Below are positions 9,652 to 18,396 of a stretch of DNA of 64,000 nucleotides, piece after piece; the stretch's first letter is position 1, and each line of letters opens with the position of its first letter. Made by a program: the position numbers and the translations under genes. This DNA comes from Acidimicrobiaceae bacterium. GTDB taxonomy: Bacteria; Actinomycetota; Acidimicrobiia; Acidimicrobiales; Poriferisodalaceae. The notes under the pieces were generated by a model. It saw only the letters and a program-made list of their open reading frames with translations, made no database searches and was not told where the DNA came from. The stretch is taken from the NCBI GenBank assembly GCA_002721305.1, contig PBKA01000010.1:10974-74973 (forward strand), written 5' to 3'.

Positions 9652-10515
9652 ATGAACGAACCAGAAAAAAACTCAAATCAAGGAACGCTTTATCTAGTGG
9701 CGACACCCATCGGCAACTTGGGTGACATCTCCCAGCGGGCGTGCCAAGTTCTCGAAGAAGTTGAAGTCGTCGCCTGTGAAGATACTCGTCGAACCGGCAA
9801 GCTTTTGGAACTCTTAGGTCTACAAGCCAAAAAGCTTCTCATCGCTAATGAGCACACCGAATCTTCGATCGGCCCAACCGTTGTGGAACTACTCGCCCAA
9901 GGTAAAGACGTGGCGCTTGTCAGCGACGCCGGGACGCCAGCCATTTCTGATCCCGGGGAACGTCTGGTTAAACACGTGGTTGCCAGTGAGCATCATGTAT
10001 CAGTGGTCCCCGGCCCCAGCGCAGTCATTGCGGCGGTAACGCTTTCAGGGTTTGCCACTAAGAGATGGACGATGGAAGGCTTCTTGCCTCGAAAAGGACG
10101 GGAGCGGCGCCTTCAGCTAAAGGCCATCGGTTTAGCAGACCGAACTACCGTCATATTCGAATCACCGAAACGACTGCGCAAAACCCTCGCCGAACTTGCT
10201 GCAGCTTGTGGCCCCGACCGTGACGCGGTTGTGATGCGAGAACTAACCAAATTGCATGAAGAAATTGTGCGCGGAACCCTGGCGGAGTTGTGCGAAAGAT
10301 TTTCGGTAGACGTGAAAGGTGAAACAGTCATAGTTATTAGTGCGGCTGAGGTGCAAGAGGTAAGTGATGAGACGATCATTAACGCTTTGGAAGGAGAACT
10401 AGCGAAAGGAACGAAGACGAGCGGTGCCGTAACCCAAGTGTCCGCAGCCCTGGGAGTGCAACGAAATAGGGTCTATTCGCTCGCCCACCAGAAGCTGGAA
10501 CAAGGACTCAACTGA
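9652..10515 (+). CDS. rsmI: 16S rRNA (cytidine1402-2'-O)-methyltransferase
   Basis: LYLVATPIGNLGDIS and the ACEDTRRTGKLL motif. I prefer ATG 9652, which has an AGG-rich upstream stretch, over the ORF-track TTG at 9637. Confidence 0.85.
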   Translation: MNEPEKNSNQGTLYLVATPIGNLGDISQRACQVLEEVEVVACEDTRRTGKLLELLGLQAKKLLIANEHTESSIGPTVVELLAQGKDVALVSDAGTPAISDPGERLVKHVVASEHHVSVVPGPSAVIAAVTLSGFATKRWTMEGFLPRKGRERRLQLKAIGLADRTTVIFESPKRLRKTLAELAAACGPDRDAVVMRELTKLHEEIVRGTLAELCERFSVDVKGETVIVISAAEVQEVSDETIINALEGELAKGTKTSGAVTQVSAALGVQRNRVYSLAHQKLEQGLN

Positions 10516-10551
10516 GAAACCTCGACGGATGCCCCAACACCGGTCGGTACT

Positions 10552-12063
10552 ATGTCAATCGTGGCCACCCCCTACTACGTCACCACCCCGATCTACTACG
10601 TGAACGATGCACCTCACATTGGCCACGCGTACACGACCATTACCGCCGACGCCGTCGCGAGATGGAATAGGCTTCTAGGCCGCGATGTTCACTTTCTGAC
10701 CGGCACCGATGAACATGGCCTAAAGGTTCAGCGTGCTGCCGAAGAACAGAACTGCTCGCCGATTGAATGGGCAGACCAAACAGTTGTCAGATTTCAAGAC
10801 GCGTGGCGGCAACTGGGAATATCGAACGATGATTTCATTCGGACAAGTGAACAACGTCACTATTCGGCGGTGCAGAAACTCCTCCAAGCTTGCTATGACA
10901 ACGGAGATGTGGATCTTCAAACTTACGAAGGGTTGTATTGCGTTAGTTGTGAGGCCTATTTCGGTGATGGCGATCTCGATGACGGCAACTGCCCAATACA
11001 CGGCCGGCCCGTCGAACATGTCACCGAGGAGAACTATTTTTTCAAGCTGAGTCGCTACGAACGAGCACTCAGAGAGTGGTACGAATCCCACCCTGACTTC
11101 GTTATTCCAGCTACCAAAAGAAATGAAGCCCTTGGTTTCATCAACCAAGGACTTCAGGACTTTTCGATCAGCAGGACTTCCATTGATTGGGGCATCCCAC
11201 TCCCGTGGGATCCTTCCCATGTCACCTATGTCTGGTTCGACGCGTTGACCAACTACATCACCGCGGCTGGCTACGTCGATGATCCACAAGGGTTTGCTAG
11301 GCGTTGGCCCGGAATTCATCTAATTGGCAAGGACATCCTTAGGTTTCACTGCGTGTATTGGCCAGCAATGTTGATGAGTGCTGGTCTCGCCCCTCCCGAA
11401 CGCATCCACGTGCACGGGTTCTTGTTGGTCGGGGGCGAAAAGATGTCGAAAACCCGGTTAAACCAGATCGCTCCAGCAGACCTAGTCGAAGAGTTCGGCG
11501 TCGATGGAGTTCGACATCATTTCTTACATGACCAACCTTTTGGCCCTGACGGAGACTTCAGCCACGAAGGTATGACAGCTCGCTACAACGCGGACCTTGC
11601 GAATAATCTTGGTAATCTGCTCAGCCGGGTAACAACGGTGGTTACATCAAAATGTGATGGGATCGGGACGTCCCCCCAACCAGAGAGCCCGCTGGCTGCC
11701 ATCGTCGCAGATGAGTACGAGCGCATCGTCGACGGGTGGGAACGAATTTCGCCTTCAGAGGCACTCGACTCAACGTGGAGAATTATTCGCGAGACAAACG
11801 CGTATCTGGAACAGGCCGAACCTTGGAAGTCGGACCCGGGACCGGAAGTCAACGTCGTGCTTGGAGATGCTCTGGAAGTCTTGAGAATCGTGTCCGTCCT
11901 AGCGTCGCCAGCAGTCCCCGATGCCTGCGCGGAAATTCGACGCCGAATCGGGCTCGGAGACGACAATGAACCAACGCGACTTCCCGAAAGCATCCAGTGG
12001 GGCGGGTATCCAGCAGGGCTTCCAGTGATCAAAGGGGATCCCCTGTTCCCCCGTCTCAAGTGA
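10552..12063 (+). CDS. metG: methionine--tRNA ligase
   Basis: Class I HIGH motif (DAPHIGHAYT), KMSKS motif (KMSKT) and a Cys knuckle (CVSCEAYF...CPIHG). Confidence 0.95.
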   Translation: MSIVATPYYVTTPIYYVNDAPHIGHAYTTITADAVARWNRLLGRDVHFLTGTDEHGLKVQRAAEEQNCSPIEWADQTVVRFQDAWRQLGISNDDFIRTSEQRHYSAVQKLLQACYDNGDVDLQTYEGLYCVSCEAYFGDGDLDDGNCPIHGRPVEHVTEENYFFKLSRYERALREWYESHPDFVIPATKRNEALGFINQGLQDFSISRTSIDWGIPLPWDPSHVTYVWFDALTNYITAAGYVDDPQGFARRWPGIHLIGKDILRFHCVYWPAMLMSAGLAPPERIHVHGFLLVGGEKMSKTRLNQIAPADLVEEFGVDGVRHHFLHDQPFGPDGDFSHEGMTARYNADLANNLGNLLSRVTTVVTSKCDGIGTSPQPESPLAAIVADEYERIVDGWERISPSEALDSTWRIIRETNAYLEQAEPWKSDPGPEVNVVLGDALEVLRIVSVLASPAVPDACAEIRRRIGLGDDNEPTRLPESIQWGGYPAGLPVIKGDPLFPRLK

Positions 12064-12068
12064 TCACG

Positions 12069-12818
12069 ATGGATTGGACCGACAATCACTGTCATCTACC
12101 CGACGACATGGAGATAGCAGCACAAGTAGTGCTAGATGCCGAACAAATGGGTGTGCGCAGACTCATTGATGTAGGCACCTCGGTTAAACGAAGTCTCGAA
12201 TGCCTAAAGCGCGCCGAGCGGTTCGAAGGAGTATGGGCCACGGCAGGTGTTCACCCCCACGATGCGAAGACTGGAATCGACGGCCTCGAGCAACTGCTCT
12301 CTCACCCTGAGACGGTGGCCGTTGGCGAATGCGGACTTGACTATCACTACGACAATTCGCCTCGCGATGCACAAAGGGACGTCTTCGCTCGACAAATTCA
12401 ACTAGCCCACCAATATGAATTACCGCTTGTAATACACACTAGAGACGCGTGGGAGGACACCTTTGACCTACTTGACTCAGAAGGCGTACCAACCAAGACC
12501 GTGTTTCACTGCTTCACCGGAGGCCCAAGTGAAGCAAACGCGGGTCTAGAACGCGGGGCGTACCTCTCATTTAGCGGCATAGTTACTTTCCCAAATGCAC
12601 CAGAGTTGCGGGAAGCTGCATCTCTGACTCCTCCAGATCGATACATGGTTGAAACCGATGCTCCATACTTGGCACCGGTTCCACAAAGAGGTAAAGCAAA
12701 CCGACCGGCGTGGGTCACGCTGGTCGGAGCGGGAGTCGCAGCGGCGCGAGGAGTAGAAATCGAGGTCGTCGCGGCAGAGACATGGAACAACGCCTCAGAC
12801 TTCTACGGCCTGACATAG
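12069..12818 (+). CDS. tatD: TatD-family metal-dependent hydrolase
   Basis: MDWTDNHCHL (HxH metal site) and the ...VFHCFTG... and ETDAPYL motifs. I prefer ATG 12069, just after the metG stop, over the ORF-track start 11997, which overlaps metG. Confidence 0.85.
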   Translation: MDWTDNHCHLPDDMEIAAQVVLDAEQMGVRRLIDVGTSVKRSLECLKRAERFEGVWATAGVHPHDAKTGIDGLEQLLSHPETVAVGECGLDYHYDNSPRDAQRDVFARQIQLAHQYELPLVIHTRDAWEDTFDLLDSEGVPTKTVFHCFTGGPSEANAGLERGAYLSFSGIVTFPNAPELREAASLTPPDRYMVETDAPYLAPVPQRGKANRPAWVTLVGAGVAAARGVEIEVVAAETWNNASDFYGLT

Positions 12819-12876
12819 CGACCAGATAATCGCCGAGCGTCAGTAGGCTCCCTGAAGCGTCAAGAGAAATTGGTGG

Positions 12877-13773
12877 TTGGTGGTGCAACCTTTGCTCCGA
12901 AAGAGTTGGCAGAGAAACGCCATCCTGCTGTTGCTGGGAACAGCTGTTGTCGGCGTCGCGGCGATGGCAGTAAACGACTCGACCCAGCCAGCAGAGCAGA
13001 CTGCCCCTCCTCCAACTAACAGAACAATTTCAGATCTAGATGTCCCCGACCTCTCGGTTTCAGGGTTCCGCGTCGGCAGTCTCGCGCTGTCATTGGTCGA
13101 GAACCTGTTTTTCAGCACTAGGTCGCTTCTCGGCGATCCTGACGTAGTAATGACCACCACGTCGGTCGAACCCCTTGACAATGATCAAAGCATCAACCCG
13201 ACAACTACAAGCATTGGGGTGTCCACGCAAATAACCACATCGACAAGCCCGCCCACCACAACGAGTCCAGTCACCCCAGCCACAAAAATCAATGAATCTC
13301 AGTCGGTCCCCGGTACCTCGGCGCCGATGGTTCCCACCGCGCCAACAACCACATCGACAAGTCCGCCCACCACAGCCACGACGACAACCACAACCGAACC
13401 CATACCTGCGACTACCACAACCACGCTGCTCATCAGTGATGAACCTTCCCGAGAATCGATAGAGCGAAACAACGACCCCACCATTTTTGGGGAGTCGTAT
13501 CTGGATACGTGGCCATCGCTGGAAATGTGGGAACGGATGGCTTGGTGCGAATCAAGAAACACCTGGGATGTAGACACAGGCAACGGATACTACGGAGGTC
13601 TCCAATTTGCACTGGGCTCGTGGCAATGGATGGGTGGCGAAGGAAGCCCCTCTGATGCAACCCGAGAAGAGCAGATTTACCGCGCGAACCTGCTCTGGCA
13701 AGCCCAAGGATGGAACGGATGGCCCGGATGTAAAGCCTATTTCGGTTGGTCCAGATGGCAGACCTCACAATGA
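12877..13773 (+). CDS. resuscitation-promoting-factor-like secreted muralytic protein (Rpf transglycosylase-like domain)
   Basis: N-terminal TM/signal segment, a Thr/Pro-rich linker and a C-terminal Rpf-type domain WERMAWCESRNTWDVDTGNGYYGGLQFALGSWQWMGG. It lies in the tatD-rpf-ksgA-ispE order known from mycobacteria. Confidence 0.8.
   Translation: MVVQPLLRKSWQRNAILLLLGTAVVGVAAMAVNDSTQPAEQTAPPPTNRTISDLDVPDLSVSGFRVGSLALSLVENLFFSTRSLLGDPDVVMTTTSVEPLDNDQSINPTTTSIGVSTQITTSTSPPTTTSPVTPATKINESQSVPGTSAPMVPTAPTTTSTSPPTTATTTTTTEPIPATTTTTLLISDEPSRESIERNNDPTIFGESYLDTWPSLEMWERMAWCESRNTWDVDTGNGYYGGLQFALGSWQWMGGEGSPSDATREEQIYRANLLWQAQGWNGWPGCKAYFGWSRWQTSQ
13233..13374 (+). repeat. two 28-nt direct repeat copies (one mismatch) inside the rpf linker, coding TTSTSPPTT
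   Basis: aaccacatcgacaagCccgcccaccaca at 13233-13260 and aaccacatcgacaagTccgcccaccaca at 13347-13374. Confidence 0.85.
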
Positions 13774-14588
13774 CTCTGTCCTTTAGCGAAGTCCAGCGCC
13801 TGCTCAAAAGCGCAGCGATAACACCTAAGAAAAGCCTCGGACAAAACTTTGTGGTCGACCCCAACACCGTTCGACGGATGGCACGGCTGGCAGGCGTAGG
13901 GAATGGGAGTCGCGTTCTAGAAATAGGAGCCGGATTGGGTTCTCTTACGCTTGCTCTTGCTGAAACAGGTGCACAAGTAACCGCAATCGAAACAGATCGA
14001 GCGTTGATTCCGTTACTGAAGGACGCAGTGGGCAATGAAGCAAGAATTATCGAAGCCGATGTCCGCGCGCTCTCGTGGAACGATGTCGTACCAACACCCG
14101 GATGGCACCTTGTTGCGAACCTCCCCTACAACATCGCTACGACGCTTGTGTTGACGGTGCTAGACGAAGTCCCGAACATCAATCGGCTGTTGGTAATGGT
14201 CCAACAAGAAGCGGGTGAACGCATAGCAGCATCAGTCGGCAACCCCGCCTATGGGGCGGTATCAGTTCGAGTGGCGCTACGAGGTCAAGCTTCGATAGTC
14301 GGTCAAGTTCCTCCTTCGGTCTTTTATCCGAGACCAAGAGTGAACTCGGTTGTAGTTGCCATAGAGCGGGTGGAGAAAAACATCGAATTGAAGGTAGAGA
14401 ACCAGGTCATTGAACTACTTCGCATCGCCTTCAACCAACGGCGAAAGATGCTTCGAAAGAGCCTGAAAGGCCACCTCAGAGAAGGCACCATTGAAAGGGC
14501 ACACATTTCGCCGACGTCTCGACCAGAAGAGCTAGATCTAGGCCAATGGATAGCGCTTGCCCAACTATCCTCGCTGGGTGAACCATGA
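13755..14588 (+). CDS. rsmA: 16S rRNA (adenine1518/1519-N6)-dimethyltransferase
   Basis: LGQNFVVDPN, SAM motif VLEIGAGLGSLT and NLPYNI. The start is uncertain: candidates are 13746, 13755 and 13770. Confidence 0.9.
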   Translation: MADLTMTLSFSEVQRLLKSAAITPKKSLGQNFVVDPNTVRRMARLAGVGNGSRVLEIGAGLGSLTLALAETGAQVTAIETDRALIPLLKDAVGNEARIIEADVRALSWNDVVPTPGWHLVANLPYNIATTLVLTVLDEVPNINRLLVMVQQEAGERIAASVGNPAYGAVSVRVALRGQASIVGQVPPSVFYPRPRVNSVVVAIERVEKNIELKVENQVIELLRIAFNQRRKMLRKSLKGHLREGTIERAHISPTSRPEELDLGQWIALAQLSSLGEP

Positions 14589-15337
14589 GCGCTGTCGAGA
14601 TTCTTTGCCCAGCCAAGCTAACTCTGTCACTTAACGTGAAAGGCCGACGCGAAGACGGCTATCACCTGATTGACGCTGAGATGGTTTCGATAGATCTCTG
14701 TGATGAACTCTTGATCAATGACGGTGCAGGGATCAAAGTTCGATCCGCAGGCTCTGGATTTGATGTGCCTCTCGACCACAGCAACCTCGTTAATCAGGCA
14801 CTAAGAATGGCAAACCGAGTGGCTGATGTGACGATCATTAAAAGGATCCCCGCAGGAGCAGGATTGGGCGGAGGATCAACGAACGCGGCGGCGATTTTAC
14901 GATGGGCTGGATTTGAAGACCCGATCGCCGCCGCAAAACTAGGGGCCGACGTCGCATTCTGCCTCAAGGGTGGCCGAGCGCAGGTAAGAGGGATCGGAGA
15001 AATATTAGAGCCATTGCCCTACCGCCAACTCGGAATGACTCTTCTGATCCCCCCAATAGGAGTATCCACCCCAGAGGTCTATCAGGCCTGGGACGAGCTA
15101 AATAGTCCGACGGGTGATCATGGCAACGATCTTGAAACAGCAGCTCTCACGGTGGAACCCCGACTCGCCGAATGGCGTGACGTTCTCAGCGAAGCGACGG
15201 GGAAACAAGCCCGACTGGCTGGAAGCGGAGGGACTTGGTTCGTGGAGGGTCACCACGAGGCATTTACCCATCGAGGGATCACATCGATGAATGTCGTAAC
15301 AGTCCCTGCGCAAGACGAAAAAGGAGACGCAGGCTAG
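14585..15337 (+). CDS. ispE: 4-diphosphocytidyl-2-C-methyl-D-erythritol kinase
   Basis: GHMP kinase motif PAGAGLGGGSTNAAA. ATGA overlap with rsmA. Confidence 0.9.
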   Translation: MSAVEILCPAKLTLSLNVKGRREDGYHLIDAEMVSIDLCDELLINDGAGIKVRSAGSGFDVPLDHSNLVNQALRMANRVADVTIIKRIPAGAGLGGGSTNAAAILRWAGFEDPIAAAKLGADVAFCLKGGRAQVRGIGEILEPLPYRQLGMTLLIPPIGVSTPEVYQAWDELNSPTGDHGNDLETAALTVEPRLAEWRDVLSEATGKQARLAGSGGTWFVEGHHEAFTHRGITSMNVVTVPAQDEKGDAG

Positions 15338-15364
15338 CCGAACTAGGTCAGTCCGCCGGAGCGG

Positions 15365-15460
15365 CTACTTATTGCGGCGCTGGTAACGCGTCCGTCGAAG
15401 CATCTTCTTGTGCTTCTTTTTGCGCATACGCTTGCGACGCTTTTTGACAAGGGATCCCAT
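15365..15460 (-). CDS. 31-aa highly basic protein resembling actinobacterial ribosomal protein bS22
   Basis: Not in the ORF track. Manual translation from ATG (15460) to TAG (15365-15367) gives MGSLVKKRRKRMRKKKHKKMLRRTRYQRRNK. This matches my memory of the mycobacterial bS22 pattern MGS.IKKRRKRM.KKKHRKLL..TR.QRR. Confidence 0.65.
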   Translation of the reverse strand: MGSLVKKRRKRMRKKKHKKMLRRTRYQRRNK

Positions 15461-15595
15461 GAGGAATTGCAGGGTAGCCGAACCATCGGCCAGAGCCAAC
15501 GTGGCAATTGCTGACATTGTTGACGCAGGTGCTGATTCACCTAGCTCCCATCGTTAGGCTGGAGGTATCGACCGAGCACTCAGGTGCTCTGATGG

Positions 15596-15667
15596 TCGGG
15601 GATCGTTCAACTGGCAGGACATCGGGTTTTGGTCCCGACAATGGAGGTTCGAGCCCTCCTCCCCGAA
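15596..15667 (+). tRNA. tRNA-Gln (anticodon UUG)
   Basis: Hand-folded cloverleaf. Acceptor TCGGGGA/TCCCCGA (U1-A72). D stem GTTC/GGAC. Anticodon stem TCGGG/CCCGA with loop TTTTGGT (anticodon TTG). T arm GGAGG-TTCGAGC-CCTCC. Discriminator A. CCA is not encoded. Confidence 0.9.
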
Positions 15668-15756
15668 CGGAGTAGCTACGACTAGATTTCATGCAGCGGA
15701 CCTTGCGGCGAAGAACGGAATCCATCGACGTGAACCAACATCTTTCTGGCCGTCGC

Positions 15757-16524
15757 ATGAGCGCAATCGTGTTAGCAGCGGGCAAGGGATCGCGAATGCA
15801 ATCGCCGCTACCCAAACCACTTCAGTTGCTTGACGGGCAGCCCATGACCGGCTACGTCATCAAAGCGCTCGAAGGGCTAGGAGTTGAGCGCCTGATCATC
15901 GTCGTAGGACATCAAGGGTCCCGGGTTCGAGACGCGCTGCTTCAAACAACGAACGACCCATCTGGATTGGAGTTCGCAGAACAGAAGGTGCAAAACGGTA
16001 CGGCGCAAGCAGTTGCCGTAGCGCTTCAACTACTTGACCCAAATGACCTCGAAGCAGACGACAACAACGTGATGGTGCTGCCTGGAGACATGCCCCTCCT
16101 CACGACGTGCACCCTCGCTGAACTAAAGGAACTGCACTTTGCGTCCGGAGCTGCTGCGACGGTACTTACGGCGGAATTCACGGATCCTTCCGGCTACGGA
16201 AGAGTCGTTCGTGACGAACAGGGTCAAATCAAACGAATTGTTGAGCACGCCGATGCCCTACCCGAAGAACTGACCATTGGGGAAGTCAACACTTCGGTTT
16301 ATTGCTTCAAATCCGGGTTGCTTTCCTCGGCTCTTCGCGACGTAGGAAGCGCGAATGCGCAAAGTGAGTACTACTTAACCGACGTCATCGAGCTACTGAC
16401 AACCTCAGGCAATGACGTTTTAGCAGTCACCGTTGATGACTCAGATGAAGTGCGTGGAGTAAATGACAGCCAACAACTAGCTGAATGTGAATTACTGCTC
16501 AGAAACCGATCTGATGTCAAATAG
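15757..16524 (+). CDS. sugar-phosphate nucleotidyltransferase; resembles only the N-terminal (uridyltransferase) half of GlmU
   Basis: MSAIVLAAGKGSRMQSPLPKPL (GxGxR nucleotide-binding loop), ...VLPGDMPLL... It occupies the glmU position (tRNA-Gln, glmU, prs). It is about 255 aa and has no left-handed beta-helix hexapeptide domain. ATG 15757 preferred over the ORF-track start 15691. Confidence 0.7.
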   Translation: MSAIVLAAGKGSRMQSPLPKPLQLLDGQPMTGYVIKALEGLGVERLIIVVGHQGSRVRDALLQTTNDPSGLEFAEQKVQNGTAQAVAVALQLLDPNDLEADDNNVMVLPGDMPLLTTCTLAELKELHFASGAAATVLTAEFTDPSGYGRVVRDEQGQIKRIVEHADALPEELTIGEVNTSVYCFKSGLLSSALRDVGSANAQSEYYLTDVIELLTTSGNDVLAVTVDDSDEVRGVNDSQQLAECELLLRNRSDVK

Positions 16525-16593
16525 CCCACAGAAGATGTTGCGTCGGGTACTGTCACGGGACCGTTCTACAACTCTTCTACGTCCGGAGAAGCG

Positions 16594-17577
16594 ATGGAAC
16601 TCGTAACCAAAAAGCGATTACATCTGTTCTCGGGAAGGGCGAACCCCGCTCTTGCCCGTGAAATTTCTCAACACCTAGGTATTGAGTTAGGTGATCCAGG
16701 ACTTATCGACTTCGCCAACGGTGAGATCAAATGCCGGTTCGAGGAGTCAGTTCGTGGTGGCGACGTATTCATAATCCAAACCCACGCGGCGACCGAAGAC
16801 ATGAGCGTAAATGATGCGATCATGGAGCACTTGATCATGGTCGACGCCGCTCGACGTGCCTCGGCCAAACGAATTACAGCCGTCGCTCCGTTTTATGGTT
16901 ACGCGCGACAGGACCGAAAGGCCCAGGGTCGCGAACCCATCACCGCCCGACTGGTTTCAGACCTGCTGTTACAAGCGGGTGCCGATCGATTGGTGAGTAT
17001 CGATCTACACAGCGGCCAAATACAAGGGTTCTTCGAAGGCCCTGTCGATCATTTAACCGCGGCCCCCGTCCTAATTGACTATTTGCGATCGTTCATCCCG
17101 GAAGGATCCGTGATCGTGTCCCCGGACACGGGGCGAGTAAAAGTCGCAGAGCGATACGCGAAGAGACTCAACTGCGAGGTCGCGACCATTTACAAACGTC
17201 GATCCCTGCAATCCACTAATGAGGTAGAAGCGCTCGGAGTAATGGGCGAAGTGGACGGACGGACCTGCATCATTATCGACGACATGGTTGATACCGCAGG
17301 AACGATTTGCGCGGCGGTAGATACTCTGATTACACAGGGGGCGTCGGAAGTCCTGTGCGCTACAACTCACGCCGTGTTCTCAGGGCCAGCGGTCGATCGC
17401 CTAAAAAATTCTCCTTTAAGCAGGGTGATCGTCACTGACACCGTGCCGCTGCCGGATTCAAAACGTTTCGACAAACTAGAGGTACTCAGTGCTGCAGGCA
17501 TTCTTGCCGACGCGCTCGAATCGGTATTCGAAGATACATCAGTATCTGAAATCTTCGATGGAGAAAATCACTCCTAG
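16594..17577 (+). CDS. prs: ribose-phosphate pyrophosphokinase
   Basis: PRPP-binding loop CIIIDDMVDTAGT plus YGYARQDRK. Confidence 0.95.
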   Translation: MELVTKKRLHLFSGRANPALAREISQHLGIELGDPGLIDFANGEIKCRFEESVRGGDVFIIQTHAATEDMSVNDAIMEHLIMVDAARRASAKRITAVAPFYGYARQDRKAQGREPITARLVSDLLLQAGADRLVSIDLHSGQIQGFFEGPVDHLTAAPVLIDYLRSFIPEGSVIVSPDTGRVKVAERYAKRLNCEVATIYKRRSLQSTNEVEALGVMGEVDGRTCIIIDDMVDTAGTICAAVDTLITQGASEVLCATTHAVFSGPAVDRLKNSPLSRVIVTDTVPLPDSKRFDKLEVLSAAGILADALESVFEDTSVSEIFDGENHS

Positions 17578-17695
17578 TCGATTGGGTCCCTGTTGGGGTG
17601 AGTGATGAGAAGACCCGCACCCTACACTGGGCAATTCCTTGAGCCCTTCTGAGAGGATTGGGCAAACATCACTTATTCCGTAGGAGTCATTGGCG

Positions 17696-18385
17696 ATGTC
17701 GTCAGAACTGAAGCTTGAGGCCGCAACAGGCCGCGATCACGGCAGTCGCTCTGCACGACGTTTGCGACGTAGCGACAAAATTCCTGCTGTGCTCTACGGG
17801 CAAGGCTCGGAACCACTTTCGGTGACGCTAGATCGACCAAAGTTCAGGGCGACACTCAACGCTGCCGGCCCCAACGCCGTCATCACACTTAACATTGACG
17901 GAACTGACTACCTAACCATCGTCAAGACCATGCAGCGTGACCCAATAGCTAATCGCGTGACCCATGTCGACTTCATGTTGATTGACATTGATCAGCGCCT
18001 GGTAGTGGACGTGCCAATCTCGTTGGTAGGAGACGCTGCAATCGTTCGACAAGAGGGAGCTGTTGTACAGCAGCAGATGATGACACTTACTGTCGAAGCG
18101 CCCGCTGGCAACATCCCTCAACTCTTCGAAGTAGATGTTTCCGAAATGTCGATAGATAACCCCGTTCGTGTGTCGGACATCGAAACCGGCAGCGGGGTTG
18201 TTCCCCAAGCTGAAGACGACGCGCTAATTGCGATCGGACAACGCAGCAGGGCATCTATCGCGGCAGAAGAAGAAGCCGAAGCTGAAGATGAAGAGTCAGA
18301 CGAGTTCGCAGAAGGCGAAGAACTCGGAGATGATTCAGCAGATGATTCTGGCGAAGCCGGCGATGATGCTGGCGAAGATAGCTAA
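17696..18385 (+). CDS. rplY: 50S ribosomal protein L25/general stress protein Ctc, with an acidic C-terminal tail
   Basis: RRSDKIPAVLYGQG and the L25 beta-barrel region. Tail EEEAEAEDEESDEFAEGEELGDDSADDSGEAGDDAGEDS. I prefer ATG 17696, about 9 nt after an AGGAG, over TTG 17690. Confidence 0.9.
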   Translation: MSSELKLEAATGRDHGSRSARRLRRSDKIPAVLYGQGSEPLSVTLDRPKFRATLNAAGPNAVITLNIDGTDYLTIVKTMQRDPIANRVTHVDFMLIDIDQRLVVDVPISLVGDAAIVRQEGAVVQQQMMTLTVEAPAGNIPQLFEVDVSEMSIDNPVRVSDIETGSGVVPQAEDDALIAIGQRSRASIAAEEEAEAEDEESDEFAEGEELGDDSADDSGEAGDDAGEDS

Positions 18386-18396
18386 GTTGACTCGAA

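Noticed and set aside
11997-12068. N-terminal extensions in the ORF track: tatD from 11997, cbs from 57963, panE-like to 39790, ACAD from 32513, mocA from 33699
   Set aside because: The extensions overlap the upstream gene or intergenic DNA, use non-ATG starts and add residues absent from the conserved N-termini. Downstream starts that abut the previous stop codon are more plausible.
13190-13440. Repetitive DNA that might be mistaken for a CRISPR array or tandem-repeat locus; the same applies to 18240-18385 and 28330-28360
   Set aside because: All are in-frame low-complexity coding repeats: the Thr/Pro linker of Rpf, the acidic tail of L25 and the AAEAAEAA stretch in CoxM. There is no repeat-spacer architecture.
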